DNA of 64,000 nt, taken from positions 43,276,001 to 43,340,000 of the forward strand of contig NC_042998.1 in assembly GCF_006345805.1 (NCBI RefSeq), given 5' to 3'. The stretch is from Octopus sinensis (Eukaryota). The first letter of the stretch is position 1. Every line of letters begins with the position of its first letter. A model generated the notes under the pieces. It searched no databases. It was not told the origin of the DNA and saw only the letters and a program-made list of their open reading frames with translations. Positions 1 through 12,768 of this stretch are shown here, in pieces. The position numbers were made by a program, and so were the translations under genes.

Positions 1-841
1 TGTCCAGTATTTCTCAGAATTAATTGTCTGGTTACTTGGTAGCAGCTCATAGTACAAAATTCCTTTCCAATCCCACCAGACACAAAGCAAGACTTTTTTT
101 AGGGTGAAGACCCGCTTTTGGGGTGGCTAAGGGTGTCTCATGTCGCCTACTCCAGGATCGCCTTCTCTGAACATTTTGGTAGATAATCCATTTCTCATCA
201 CCTGTCACAATTTGTTTAAAAAAAGGCGCGTTTTCATTCCGTTTATAAAGCGAATCACAGATGGAAATGCCATCCAAAAGGTTCTTCTCACTCAACTCAT
301 GTGGTACCCAAACATCGTAGCGATTTGTGCACCCAAACTTTACCAGGTGCTCATGAACGACGGATTTTGATAGGTTGAGGCTTTCTGCCAATTCTCGAGT
401 TGTGCAATGTGGGCTATTCTCAGTTAATGACTTGATTTGGTCATCATCTGTAGTAGATGGTCTGCCTGATCGCTCTTTATCAATAAGGCTACAATCTCCA
501 GCTCGGAACCTTGCGAACCACTTCCGTACAATTCTTTCGGATAAAGAAACATCACCGTAAACTGCGCATATTTCTTTGGTTGCTTGTGAGGCATTTTCCG
601 CTTTACGAAAAGAAAAAAAAAAGAAAAGTCGTCGAAATGAACTTTCTTATCTTCCATTTTAAAGGGTTACAGAATTGACACAGGTTATAGGAACATAAAC
701 CTTCTTCCACGAAAAGATAGCTTAAACTGTGCTCTAAATGGAGGTGTAGTCAAATCCTATTTTATGGACTCAACCATGTTCTAAAATAAGTCGAAAGGTA
801 AACTACTATAAATCGGCACGAACTTTCCGGACAGCCCAATA
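1..841 (-). mobile_element. Degenerate mariner transposon, 5' part (truncated by window edge)
   Basis: Frameshifted minus-strand transposase starting MEDKKVHF (657) and containing WVPHEL and IVTGDEKW (ORF 47-391). Mariner-type terminal repeat tattgggctgtccggaaagttcgtgccgatt at about 811-841. Confidence 0.9.
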
Positions 842-1222
842 TAACGATGGTGGAACGATTATGAATATCACTTCGCAACTACATGACCTGAGTTCGTTCT
901 CACTGCATGGTATATTGTACAATTTCTTTCAACACTGCCCAGATGCAAATTAAACCCTCACGAGAGGCTCAGGTGTTTGAGTATAGCAGGTAGAGAACCA
1001 GTTGGTTCTGGGGGAGAGACACTATTATCGCAGCGATTGAAAAGACAGAGAGAGAAAGTAGCACTCACCTGGGCGACAGGTTAGAGAATGACTTTCAGCG
1101 ATTTACTGACGATCAGTCGAGTGGCAACCCTCTTCATTTGGGTCGGGTTGTGTGTATGCACAGAATAATAGGATATATATATATATCGGCTGGGGTTTCC
1201 CACGTTCGCTCTATATTTGTAT

Positions 1223-1378
<156 letters not shown>

Positions 1379-1497
1379 GGGGTTGTGTTTGTCTGTCTGT
1401 CTGTATGTATGTATGTCCATATCAATCAGTCAATCTCTCTCTCTCTCTCTCTGTATATATATATATTATATATATATATTATATATATATATATAAA

Positions 1498-1905
1498 GGC
1501 GCAGGAGTGGCTGTGTGGTAAGTAGCTTGCTTACCAACCACAAGGTTCCGGGTTCAGTCCCACTGCGTGGCATCTTGGGCAAGTGTCTTCTGCTATAGCC
1601 TCGGGCCGACCAAAGCCTTGTGAGTGGATTTGGTAGACGGAAACTGAAAGAAGCCTGTCGTATATATGTATATATATATGTATGTGTGTGTATGTTTGTG
1701 TGTCTGTGTTTGTCCCCCTAGCATTGCTTGACAACCGATGCTGATGTGTTTACGTCCCCGTCACTTAGCGGTTCGGCAAAAGAGACCGATAGAATAAGTA
1801 CTGGGCTTACAAAGAATAAGTCCTGGGGTCGATTTGCCCGACTAAAGGCGGTGCTCCAGCATGGCCGCCGTCAAATGACTGAAACAAGTAAAAGAGTAAA
1901 AGAGT
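1498..1905 (+). mobile_element. tRNA-derived SINE family A (ggcgcaggagtggctgtgtggtaag...) with internal (TA)n(TG)n spacer
   Basis: A-box-like tggctgtgtggt and B-box-like ggttcagtcc, followed by a body and an (aaagagt) tail. Near-identical copies at 29693-30150 and 56029-56452. Confidence 0.85.
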
Positions 1906-2445
1906 ATATATATATATATATCAATACGGATATACCAGATATAGAAAAACAATAATACACATATACACCTACCGAGGCATACATAGCTGCACACACAATA
2001 AGAACACACACACACACACACACACACATCTATCCGTCCATCCATCCATTCATCCATCCATTCATCCACAATGTACATAGTATCTGGTCACACTGAAGTC
2101 GTAATCTTAATATATTCAACGTATAAGATTTCTATTTCACTATGAAATGCTGATTAAATGCATGGAATCCTGTATTTATTTCGTTGAATGTCTCATGTTC
2201 ATGTTCATTGTACATACTAACGCATAATGCTATTAATCATATAAAGTTTGAGTTAAACTCAGGTCACAGAAATTGAATAAAAACTGCTTATTCTGTGCCA
2301 TTACAGAATGAGGAGCGTGTTTGCGTGTGAGTGTGTTTTACATTGCATGTATATCTCGCTTTCACAGTTAAGCAGAGTGTAAAAACTTTATTCCACGTGA
2401 AAATACAAAATTGTAATTCTTAATATACATACATACATACATACA

Positions 2446-2487
<42 letters not shown>

Positions 2488-2607
2488 CAGAGAGAGAGAG
2501 GGGGGAGAAGGGAGGATGGGCTAAGAGTGACGCACCAAAATTAAACTACATAACTAATAATAAAAATGTCAAATGCTTTAGTGCGTGACTTTTGGCCCAT
2601 ACTGTGT

Positions 2608-2648
<41 letters not shown>

Positions 2649-2949
2649 TATTTAATATATATATATATTATATATATATGCAACCATACACATGTACATA
2701 TATACATATCCACATACATGAACACACACATGCGCACGCACAGAAAGGTTCGTATACACGTCTATATACGCACATGCACAAGAAAAAACAAGGTGAAAGG
2801 TAAAATACAGAAAAAAATGTGTAAAAATATAAAAATATATCTATAAATATGTAAAAGTATGTAAAAAGTATATGAGAAATATATATAAAATTATAGAGAG
2901 ATAAAAAGCTTGTACATGGACACAAAATAAAATGCAAGTTCTATCTGTG

Positions 2950-3560
2950 ATCTTGGGGAGACCAAAAGCGTAACAAATATTTAGCTACGTATGGACATAT
3001 TCCAAAAAGTTCAGTTCTTGAATTTAGACATGTAGCTATCTTTCAATATCACAAAGACCGCACTTTCCACTGCCGTTGGTGTAAGGCTTACACTTGGCTA
3101 AGATCTTCCAATGGAGATTGTAACTGACACCTTTATCTTTTAAGAACCATATATAACTGGATAATTTGATCGTTTCCTTTTTATCCCAGTGCCTGAAGCT
3201 CAAGATGTGATTGTTGAACCTGACCTTGAAATACCCCTCTGTAAGGCCCACATATTTCTTTGTCGAAACTGTGTCCTTAGTGGTTATAGAATCTATGGTG
3301 GCTTCATAAATGATGGTCTCGAACATGCAAACTCCATTTAGCGGGCACAAACTTTTTTCCCTACATGAACAGCTGGTTTCATTTTGTGGTTTTTGTGTGT
3401 TGTGTGCGATTATATTTTTTAAATTAGTATCTGAGCTGAAACTGATTTTTAAGTTATGTCTATTGAAGAGCTTTCTGTATCTATGGTTGACTGAAAAATG
3501 TCTATCCTGAAAACTCCTCAAAACCTTGGCTTTGTTATCTCATTCTCCCTGATATATAAA
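2950..3560 (-). mobile_element. Penelope-like element relic, GIY-YIG endonuclease region
   Basis: ORF 3036-3521 reads KLFNRHNLKISFS...CPLNGVC...YVGLTEGYFKVRFNNH...CGLC, typical of the PLE C-terminal endonuclease. Confidence 0.85.
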
Positions 3561-3573
3561 TACACACACACTT

Positions 3574-3651
<78 letters not shown>

Positions 3652-4965
3652 GCAAAAATTTAGATTCAGAGGAATTAGGTACTTAAGTTGAGGCACCAGA
3701 ATTTAGTACGGTATTATCCATACAATTTCATAATAAGGTGATTAAAATCAAAATAAGCAACAAGGATACCCAGATGTTAATAAGGTATATATATACTTTA
3801 TCATGGTTTTTAGTGATTAAGCTATTTTATTCCCTTTCTATGTTGTTCTGCCCTACCGGATTATTATATTATTTTATTATTTTATGATATCCTATATTTA
3901 TAAAATAAATCTAAGTTTTGTATTCTTAGAAATTCATACTTAGCTTATATAAAGCAATACTGGTATCTTCACTACTTAAAATGAATTGCTTAGATTATAA
4001 TTTAATTGATTTATAGTTAGGATGTTCTTTTACCTCAGTACTCCTTTATTAAATACCAGTAAATGCCAATTGATCAATCTTCACTGATACCATCTAATAA
4101 GATAGTATTTAAGTATATAATATGTATAAATATTAAACTATTCTTATGCAATTTCTTTTCCTCCCTCTATTGTGGTAAAATTTGGTATATAGTCAAAAGT
4201 AATCAAAAAACTTTTTATCCTTTCGTTATAATATTCTTTTTAATAATCTTCTGAATAACCCTAAATTTTAACTGTATACAATATGGTAATATTGTTTAAA
4301 ATATTTAACTATAGTACCCCATGATAAAATTTCCCCTGTATCATTATCAATGGTCTACTAGTGGTTTGCCCTTTTAATTGTCAGTTAACATCTTGATTTG
4401 AGATTTCCTTTACCAAATCTCATTATATTACTTCAAATTAATCTTGATAGTTTTTATGACTATACCCAATATAATTTCTGTCGACTCCCTCATCCCCCTT
4501 CCTAGCAGACACTGCTCCTTGTTCTTTAGCCTTAGATATACAAAGAGTTGATAAACAAGTCTATAAATTAAAACTGATCCCATGAAACAGTGACAAGTTA
4601 GATCTCTATCAAGTTTTTCTTCCTGATATCTAAGTAGCTTCTAAGCTGAAGTGAAGACAGCATGTTCTTTGTCTATCTCCTTACCTTCTTGGAGGTTTTA
4701 GGTAAAATTATATGAATGTGTCCATCTGTTTAAATTTAATTTAATTCTTTGTCTTTATGCAGCTGAGGATTGCTCTACATTTAAATTGAGGTAATGATTG
4801 CATTGTTCGGTTAAATGGAGTTGCTTGAAACGATCGTACTGCATAAGCTCTGGATATCCTTGTTGCTTATTTTGATTTAATCACCTTATTTTGGAATTGT
4901 ATGGATAATACCGTACTAAATTCTGGTTCCTCAACTCAAGTACCTAATTCATCTGAATCTAAATT

Positions 4966-4968
<3 letters not shown>
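3652..4968. mobile_element. Degenerate element with ~120-bp terminal inverted repeats and a hammerhead motif (probably PLE-derived)
   Basis: About 3655-3775 is the reverse complement of about 4850-4968. Flanked by (TA)n and (TACA)n and adjacent to a PLE relic. The interior could not be translated convincingly. Confidence 0.55.
4755..4846 (+). ncRNA. Type I hammerhead ribozyme motif with long stem II
   Basis: TTATGCAG-CTGAGGA-(57 nt)-GAAAC-GATC-GTA|CTGCATAA: perfect 8-bp stem I, canonical core, palindromic stem III ACGATCGT, GUA cleavage triplet. The base of stem II is imperfect. Confidence 0.7.
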
Positions 4969-4997
<29 letters not shown>

Positions 4998-5083
4998 CAT
5001 ACATACATACATACATACATACATACATACATCAATACATACATACATACATACCTAGTTACCTACCTACCTACCTACCTACC

Positions 5084-5115
<32 letters not shown>

Positions 5116-6006
5116 TATGCACACAAACACCTATATATGGAAGCTTACTTCCATATATAGATTTGCAAAGAAACATACAATCGCAGGAGCATTGCTGGCG
5201 GGTGTGTGATTTGATGGAGACGTGAGTGTTATTTCTAGCATCTTTAGCTCCATTGTAGATACTCGTTCAATGGAATCGATGTTTTTCACACAACTCTCAC
5301 AGTCATCATTTTGAGAAAAAGACATCAATCCGCATATTTTAATATCAACTATAATATACTGGAAATATGGCTGTGTACGTGTCTGTGAGAGCAGAATGGA
5401 CGAAATATGAGAGCTTAATGTCTGCGTTGGTTTGTGTGTTTATTTTCCTTCCTTGTCATAATAATATGAATTATAAATTATCGTTTTTATCTATTTACAT
5501 GGTCTCAATCTCTAGCTGTTTATTATGGAGAAAAATATCATATATTCTACTTGTGCTTATGCATATCTCAGTCCGTACATGTTTGAGTGCCTGTTTGTGT
5601 GTTTGCATGTGTCACTGTCTATGTATATGTTTGTATATGTGTGAATCATTCTGTCTTCGTCCGCTGATAATTTTTATAGTGATACTTAAATCGATCATAA
5701 TTGTTTAATGGTTCTCAAACTAATTTTCCCAAGCGTAAAATATAAAGTATTTCAGTGTCTTTGTGTTGTATTTATTTCTGTATGGTTATTTATCTCTGTG
5801 TGGTCTTCTCGATTAGGATTACACAACGGCAAAAACAACTATTTCTGCTAATTTAGTTCAATCATAATCGAACTGCGACCTGTGAGACTCCTTGAATGAT
5901 CTTGCCTAACGAAAAATGACCTTGAATATTTTTAGTAGTGCAGTTCACCTGATGATGAACCATATCTCATGCAGCATACTTCTCGAAATAAGTTGACCGT
6001 GCCTAA

Positions 6007-6317
6007 TCTATATATATAAAGCTGAAGCTGTCTGTGTGTGGTAGGTTTGGTAGCCTGCAACTAACACTATCTCCTCCGAGACGCTGCGGCGAAAGTTGAC
6101 CAAAATTGAGAGTATGATAGAAGAAGGCTTGCTCTTCATTCTGTAGGAGATAAAATTCAAATCGGACCATGTTAAGACCATTTTTCGCTGTATTTCAACC
6201 AGAAAAATGTTCACTTAAAGAGAATAACAAGCTACATAATGCAAAATTTTTACTTTTCAAAAATTCCAATTCTAAAGGGTCGAAACAAATCCGAGCAACG
6301 CCGGGCGATACTGCTTG
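6007..6317 (+). mobile_element. Non-autonomous Helitron-like element, family H1
   Basis: Starts A|TC-tatatata and ends ccgagcaacgccgggcgatactgCTTG|T (CTAG in sister copies). Homologous to 21925-22292, 54806-55167 and 57166-57426. Confidence 0.75.
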
Positions 6318-8054
6318 TTCAGTTATAAACTGCTGATGTATTATTTCTTGCTTCGTTATTTTTGTTTAATGTAAATTTTCTGTTCGTCGACGTAGGTGGA
6401 TCTACGCTTTAAAGTTGCCAATGGTAGTACACGCGTGCGTATGTATAAGTGTGTTATTGTCTGTGTTTGTGTTGCCTATGTTTTTGAGCCTGAGTGGCTG
6501 TCTATAATACATGTTTGTATATGTGTACATGTATGTTTGTCACTCTCTCTTCATCTGATTTTTATTTCATGCATTACATTATGAATTAAAAATCATCACC
6601 CGCAACTGTATGAGAAAACCCTTTCTCATACATACATACATACATGTATGGTTAGACTCGTATATGCGTACATACGTACATATATATGCATGTGCGTACA
6701 CATACATTCGTGTGTGTATGTGCTTGTGTGTGCGTGTGTATGTATACGAATGAGTGGACAAACGGAAAAGTGGCTCTCAACAGAGTTGATAAGGGTTACA
6801 TCTATTTTTAAATAACAGCTTGATTCAGTTCCATATGACTTAAACTTCCGTGGGTACATAGTGTGAGTCCCGCTCATTAGAAATCAGAAGAGTGAGAAAT
6901 TTGAAACATGGCTTCTATATGTTATGTTTCAATTCGTCAACTAAGTCACGTGGTGTTAATGCTGTGGAAGCGACACTAGCTATTTTCTTTGTTCTTAGGA
7001 TCACATGCTCGGATAGAAATTTGGCAGGATACTATTGACACTTTGGTATATAATATATTGTATATATTATACATATGATAATGCATCTTGTTACATTAAC
7101 ACCACATGACCTGAGCTGAGCGATAAAGGACTAACATTTTGAAACCATTTTGAATTCGCCTCAGATATCAAACACTTCCACTGATTGCTGATGAGACATA
7201 CACGTCGTACGTGCCCACGATGTTTCAAGTCTAATAGAGCTGGGTGAAATTATTATATATATATATGTATATATGATTCTTTTACTCTATCTTTTAGTCC
7301 CCCCTCATACTTTCTCCCCCTTTTCTTTTTCTAGCTCCCTTTGTCTCTCACATTTCTTGGCCTTCTCTTTCTTTAACTTCCACTTTTCCTCCTCGTTTAT
7401 CTCCCCTGTACCTTTCCCTTTGTCTCTTTGATTCTTTTCTAGTCCTTCAATCCCGCTGCCTCCTACCCCTCTCTCCTCCTTCCACGTGACTGGTGTCCGA
7501 CCAGTCATGATGTTTCTTTCTTGGCCTGACTGTCGACCGCTAGCAATGTGTACAGCAACAAAGACAAAAAACGGAGAACACCTCTTATATCCATCTCCTC
7601 TGTTCCTGCCTTTAGGCTTTCACATCATACTCGCCAGCTCAATTTGATTCATTCTCAGTCGAAAGACACCTGTTGTTATAATCTTGTTGTTTGTGTTTGT
7701 AATTGTGTACCATGTTCTCCGTTTTTTGTCTTTGTTGCTGTACACATTGCTAGCTTTCTTACAAAAGATCTAATGCTCTTAGCTTAGGCTTTTTTGGGAG
7801 CAACCAGATCGAACTGTCTCAAGTGTAATTGCCCGAAACAGTAAGGACATCTGGTAATTTGACTGAAGAAAGAAGGTCACGAATGACCTGTCCTTTTTTT
7901 GCCTGTCCTTCAAATTATTGTTTCTCCTATCCGCCTTTGTATCGTCTGTTTGTCCGAATGTTTTATTGTCCTCTATTACATTTTTGTTCCATTTTTTATA
8001 TTTATATATACATGTAGCAGCGTAGGTACACACTTGTGCTCACCTTATAGTAAG

Positions 8055-8092
<38 letters not shown>

Positions 8093-8689
8093 GGCTTTAT
8101 TTCTTCCTTTTGGTTCAGTTTCATTAACATAGGGTAATAATGAAGAAGCTCCAATTTTGATGTTTCCTTTCTCAGACTTTTTATATTGTTTAATGTAAAC
8201 TGTCTCTCCGCCACAGTGAATAGATATGAATCTAATGGGCTACGTGTACATGTGTCCATATGTGCTTGAAAGAAAAGTTTCCTTAAATATTAATGTTTTC
8301 ATTGTTTAGTTCGTCAACAAAAGAGGAAAAAAGTGTACAAGATACGCCGTAGGGTATATTAGTTATTTGAATTAAATTTTGTTTCTCATGATCAGAATTT
8401 CATACCACTGCAATTTAAAAATGAGGATTGTTTTTTCTTGGGTTTGCTTTTCGGTGTGTTGTTAGTTCTATTTCCGCTATACTGTCTTTCTAGTTTAGTT
8501 TCAGTTGTTTCAAATACCGTGTAGGTAATTGTTTTCGTTAGATGTTTTTTACGCTTGACGTTTACACCCGTACACTGTTTTGTTCGTGATGATCTAGTTG
8601 TTACTAGTTATGTCAATTCATATGTCCTGTTTTTCTCGCTTTTGTTCCTTTGATTTATAAGCTGCTAGCTAGCTATCTATTTGATTGCT

Positions 8690-8876
8690 CTGTAGACTCT
8701 ACAGTTCTATATTTAAGAGATGAGGAATTATGTACATTATTTACATTCGACAGATATTTGTCCTCATCTTGTTTGTTGTTAACACAACGTTTCGGCTGAT
8801 ATACCCTCCAGCCTTCTTCAGGTGTCTTAGGGAAATTTCGAACTTGGGTTCTCATTCCTAAGGTATTTTTCGATGC

Positions 8877-8937
<61 letters not shown>

Positions 8938-9003
8938 GTTGTTGTTGTTGTCACTGCGGAATCTTGAGGTTAGTAGCCCGCGCTCTTAACAACTACGCCA
9001 TAT
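8690..9003 (-). mobile_element. SINE-like unit: tRNA-like head + (AAC/AAT)n + hammerhead-bearing PLE-type tail
   Basis: Minus strand reads tggcgtagttgttaagagcgcgggctactaacctcaagattccg (A-box, tRNA-like; no B-box in this copy), then a trinucleotide run, then a tail containing the hammerhead at 8781-8826. Confidence 0.6.
8781..8826 (-). ncRNA. Minimal type I hammerhead ribozyme motif
   Basis: Minus strand GACAC-CTGAAGA-A-GGCTG-gagggtatat-CAGCC-GAAAC-GTT|GTGTT: 5-bp stem I, 5-bp stem II, palindromic loop-less stem III AACGTT as in PLE minimal hammerheads. Confidence 0.75.
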
Positions 9004-9039
9004 GTGCGATTATGGAGTGAATTTTAGGGCTTATAAATC

Positions 9040-9410
9040 TAATATTTTTCTATCCTTTCTTAATACCGGTTCCACAGGGGGAGGTGGTCTCCATTTTTCC
9101 ATACATGGTCAGCTATACCCGATTTATCAATATCTCCTCGTGTCACAGCTTTGGGATGTTCGTCTACCATTATTTTGAGTGGGCTGCATGATTCGCTGCA
9201 TGGGATGGAGTACACGCAGTCTTTGGTCATATTCTCTTTTATTGGTGGTTTTACTCGAAGGAGATATTTGCGAAGTGTTGTATTACTCATGAATACTGTC
9301 CCGATGTCATATGGGCCGCATATCTTTTGTATCTTTTCGGAGAGGCCTTTCACATAGGGTAGACAGATTGTGGACAGTTTATTGGCCTCATTCTCTCTCT
9401 TCTTCATAAT
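9040..9410 (-). mobile_element. Penelope-like element relic (thumb/GIY-YIG junction), second lineage
   Basis: ORF 9060-9407 reads LPYVKGLSEKIQKIC...CVYSIPC...SGIADHVW, typical of Penelope/Poseidon-type PLEs. Confidence 0.8.
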
Positions 9411-9446
9411 TGGAATGGACAGTATACTTTTGGGGTAGTTGTTGCT

Positions 9447-9486
<40 letters not shown>

Positions 9487-9559
9487 TATATATATAGAAA
9501 GTGTGCGTGTGTGTGTAGTTGTAGAATGATTCAATGGAGAAGAGTCTAAAATCTGCGAT

Positions 9560-10815
9560 ACAGCTGCCCAATCCGGAGAGAATGCTGTCGTCCAATTCGT
9601 CAAGAGAAATTTGTCCATATATTTGCATTTGCTGAAATTTCTGATCTGGAATCCGCAGTGCGGTGGAATTCTTAGATCTAAAAAGAGGATATGCAATCGT
9701 TCGGCTACGCTTAAGTTGCACCTCTTAGATCCATTGATATATAGCATGGATTTTTCTACGATTTTCCACTTGATTGTATGTGACGTAGAGTTCATCTTCA
9801 AGCACCGCCCATGGCTAGCCAACTTAGTGTATTTACTTTAGTTGATATGCCGGAAAGAAGATAAGTGGTTTGCATAACGTCTTTTGAAGTCACCTCCGCG
9901 TAATCCCATGTAATTCTTTTTTCAGTTATTTAATCATGAAGCGTTGCTATTACCTCTGTTCCTTATACAACGGAATTTATCACGTCTGGTCAAGTGAGCA
10001 AGTTCCGGGGTCTTGACAGTTACAACTGAGAGTGGACTCTTGATGTTGACGGGTGATGATGTTTTTCATATTACGGGAGTAGCTGTAAAATTTTACTGTT
10101 AGTATGTACATGTGATGTTCTAGGAAATACTTATTTAAAAGAGACAGAAACTTTTTTCATACGTTAGTTGTAACATTTAAGGAGAAATAGTGGGATTTAC
10201 CAAATTATTTTCCTAGGTCTAATTTTAGGTCAGTATTTATCATTGATATTTTTACTAGAAGGGTTGTAATATATCTTATCTTGAAAGCCACTGTTAGCTT
10301 GGTTATTGTTATAGTAGAGGGCTACCTTATCAAAAACAGTTTTTAGAAGAGAGGCTTGATATCCTACTGGTAACGTTATCTATCAGGATTTTAAACACTA
10401 TGGTGGTGGGGGGAAGGTGACAGGACTGTGCATGTAGGAGAGTTTTTTGTTTGGCTTATGGTACGGGTTATAAGATTGGGAGTTTAGATCTAGGGAAATA
10501 TTTAACAAATCGATTTTTGATAGATCGGTAATAACAATGATTTTGAGGCCTAATTGTCTTAAAGTTATCAATGAGTTTTTTCCCCAAATTTATCTTGATA
10601 AATACTACTAATCTGCCAAAAGACTATATAGTAATGTTTGCTTTTATGTTAAGTAATAATAAAAACAACTTTACATTAATTTGAAAGGTTACACTTTTGT
10701 AGAGTATAAATTTATTATTCTAAAACCAGAATGTTGTTGACTGTGACTTCGAAGTTGCGGCTAGCCTAGTCATCGTCGGACTATATCTTAGCTGGCCGAA
10801 ACTTCGAAGTCAGTC
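9560..10815 (-). mobile_element. Penelope-like element relic (RT thumb to GIY-YIG)
   Basis: Degraded minus-strand PLE motifs, including a PYHKPN-like segment near 10450 and IKWKIVEKS..Y.NGSKRCNL (ORF 9388-9822). Confidence 0.75.
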
Positions 10816-11139
10816 AATACACACACATGTACACATTTTCTGTTACACATACATACACACAGACACAAACATACACAAATAATTTCACAAACGCTTTCAA
10901 CAAAAGCAGAAAACGCAGACTTCGGCATATCTTAGGCAACCACAAGATCTGATAGATAGATAGATAGATAGATAGAACAACCACGCATGGAACAACTTCC
11001 TCTAAAAATATAAATAAAACCAATTAAGGGACATGTAAATAAGCTCATCGCAAACATACTTAACCAAAGAGTATACGGAATTACTTACTGAAAGTGAGAA
11101 AAACGATGTGTCAGAAATACAACAAATTAGATAAAATAT

Positions 11140-11335
11140 TTAGGGAGAAATAGTGGAATGTACCAAATGATTTTCCTAGGTCTAATTTTAGGTCAGTTTT
11201 CCTCATTGATATTTTTACTAGAAGGGTTGTAATTTATCTTATCTTTAAATCCACTGTTAGCTAGGTCATTGTTATAGAGGGCTACCTTATCAAAAATAGT
11301 TTTTAGTATTGGTAACGTTATTTGTCAGGATTTTA
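11140..11335 (-). mobile_element. Second copy of a PLE internal segment
   Basis: Direct, highly similar repeat of about 10180-10390 (ggagaaatagtgg...ttttcctaggtctaattttaggtcag...gggctaccttatcaaaaa). Confidence 0.75.
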
Positions 11336-11614
11336 ATGAGATAAAACAATCAGCAATGAGATAAAACACATCAAAGCAATAATGCGATACAGATAAATCA
11401 GCAACAAAGACGACCAATGAAAACAACAAAAACATCGAATTAAATGAAACGACAGCCAGAGACGATTGCCACAAAGCATAACGATTACAAATCAGCCAGT
11501 GAGATTGATAACCATTTACAAAAGAATTAATTCACTCAAGTATATAAACTGAGTAAGAACACGGAAAGCCTGCCTGAAGAACACCTTTGCGTGAAACTCA
11601 AGTCATAAGAGGAA

Positions 11615-11745
<131 letters not shown>

Positions 11746-11761
11746 GTGCGTGTCTCTTTGT

Positions 11762-12056
11762 GTAGCGACGAGTGGTCTAGTGGTCAGGAATGTTGCACTC
11801 ACGATCGTGAGATCGACGTTTCGATTCCTAGACCGGTTGTACGTTGTGTTCTTGAGCAAAACATTTCATTTTACGTTGCTCCAGTCTACTCAACTGTAAA
11901 TGGCTAACCCTGCGATGCACTAGCCTTCCGATCAGGGGCAATGTTGGCCAGCTTGCCTAGCCAGCGTGGTAGCATCATTCGAAAGCTAAAATGATGCAAA
12001 ATGCATTGTGACCAACGATGCATAGTAACATTCGATAGTCTGGTCGATCACGTGAC
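11762..12056 (+). mobile_element. tRNA-derived SINE, diverged, CORE/V-domain-like body
   Basis: Head gagtggtctagtggtcagg...gtttcgattcc, then gttcttgagcaaaacatttcatt and ccctgcgatgcactagc. Confidence 0.65.
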
Positions 12057-12075
12057 ACACACACACACACACACA

Positions 12076-12120
<45 letters not shown>

Positions 12121-12184
12121 AATTTCACTCTTTGGGTTGCAGCATCTACCTCTGCAATTACCAGTGCCTCTCGTCTTTGGTCTC

Positions 12185-12220
<36 letters not shown>

Positions 12221-12343
12221 CTAAGTACAATATTTCTCTGTCGCAAATTTTGTGTTTCATTTCTTACCTTAAGTCCGTCTGCATGCTTTCTCGTTTTTCT
12301 CAATTTCTCTGTTTTTTTCTTTCTATTTTATGAATATATATAT

Positions 12344-12407
<64 letters not shown>

Positions 12408-12768
12408 AGGCGAGTGCGAGTGTTCACTAATCGAAAATATCAAGTCTTATCAAGTTTTGATTTACTATGTGTTAACATTAAAATGTCAAATACTCAGTTG
12501 CAGGGAACTGTTTAAAGCATGTTAATTAATTGTTAACTTCATGTAATGGATTACACAGGTATTCAAATGGATATTAGCGATATTCAAAGGATGTGAAGTA
12601 AAGGTAGGTATAGAAATGGAAATGGTTGATGTGCAACTCCCATACACACACAGACATATACGGACACACACACATATTTTATCAAATGTAATATATTATT
12701 ATACATTAATTGCAGTGTTTTATCTTCAGGTCTCTAATTTATTTCTTTTGTTTTTCTTTTCGTATTAG

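Noticed and set aside
5131-5328. Minus-strand ORF MSFSQNDDCESC... with a possible donor att|gtatgt
   Set aside because: No recognisable family and no downstream partner exons found.
7192-7235. CTGATGA followed by a hairpin as a hammerhead
   Set aside because: No GAAA follows the stem, and the stem uses the core GA itself.
7800-7895. GAAACAGTA ... CTGAAGA as a type II hammerhead
   Set aside because: Stems I and III cannot be formed in register.
8957-9003. tRNA genes (here and at the SINE heads)
   Set aside because: There is no complete cloverleaf or acceptor stem; these are tRNA-derived SINE heads.
12710-12768. N-terminal extension MQCFIFRSLIYFFCFSFRI of the innexin ORF
   Set aside because: It starts at TTG and is a polypyrimidine tract ending in AG, so it is most likely intron.
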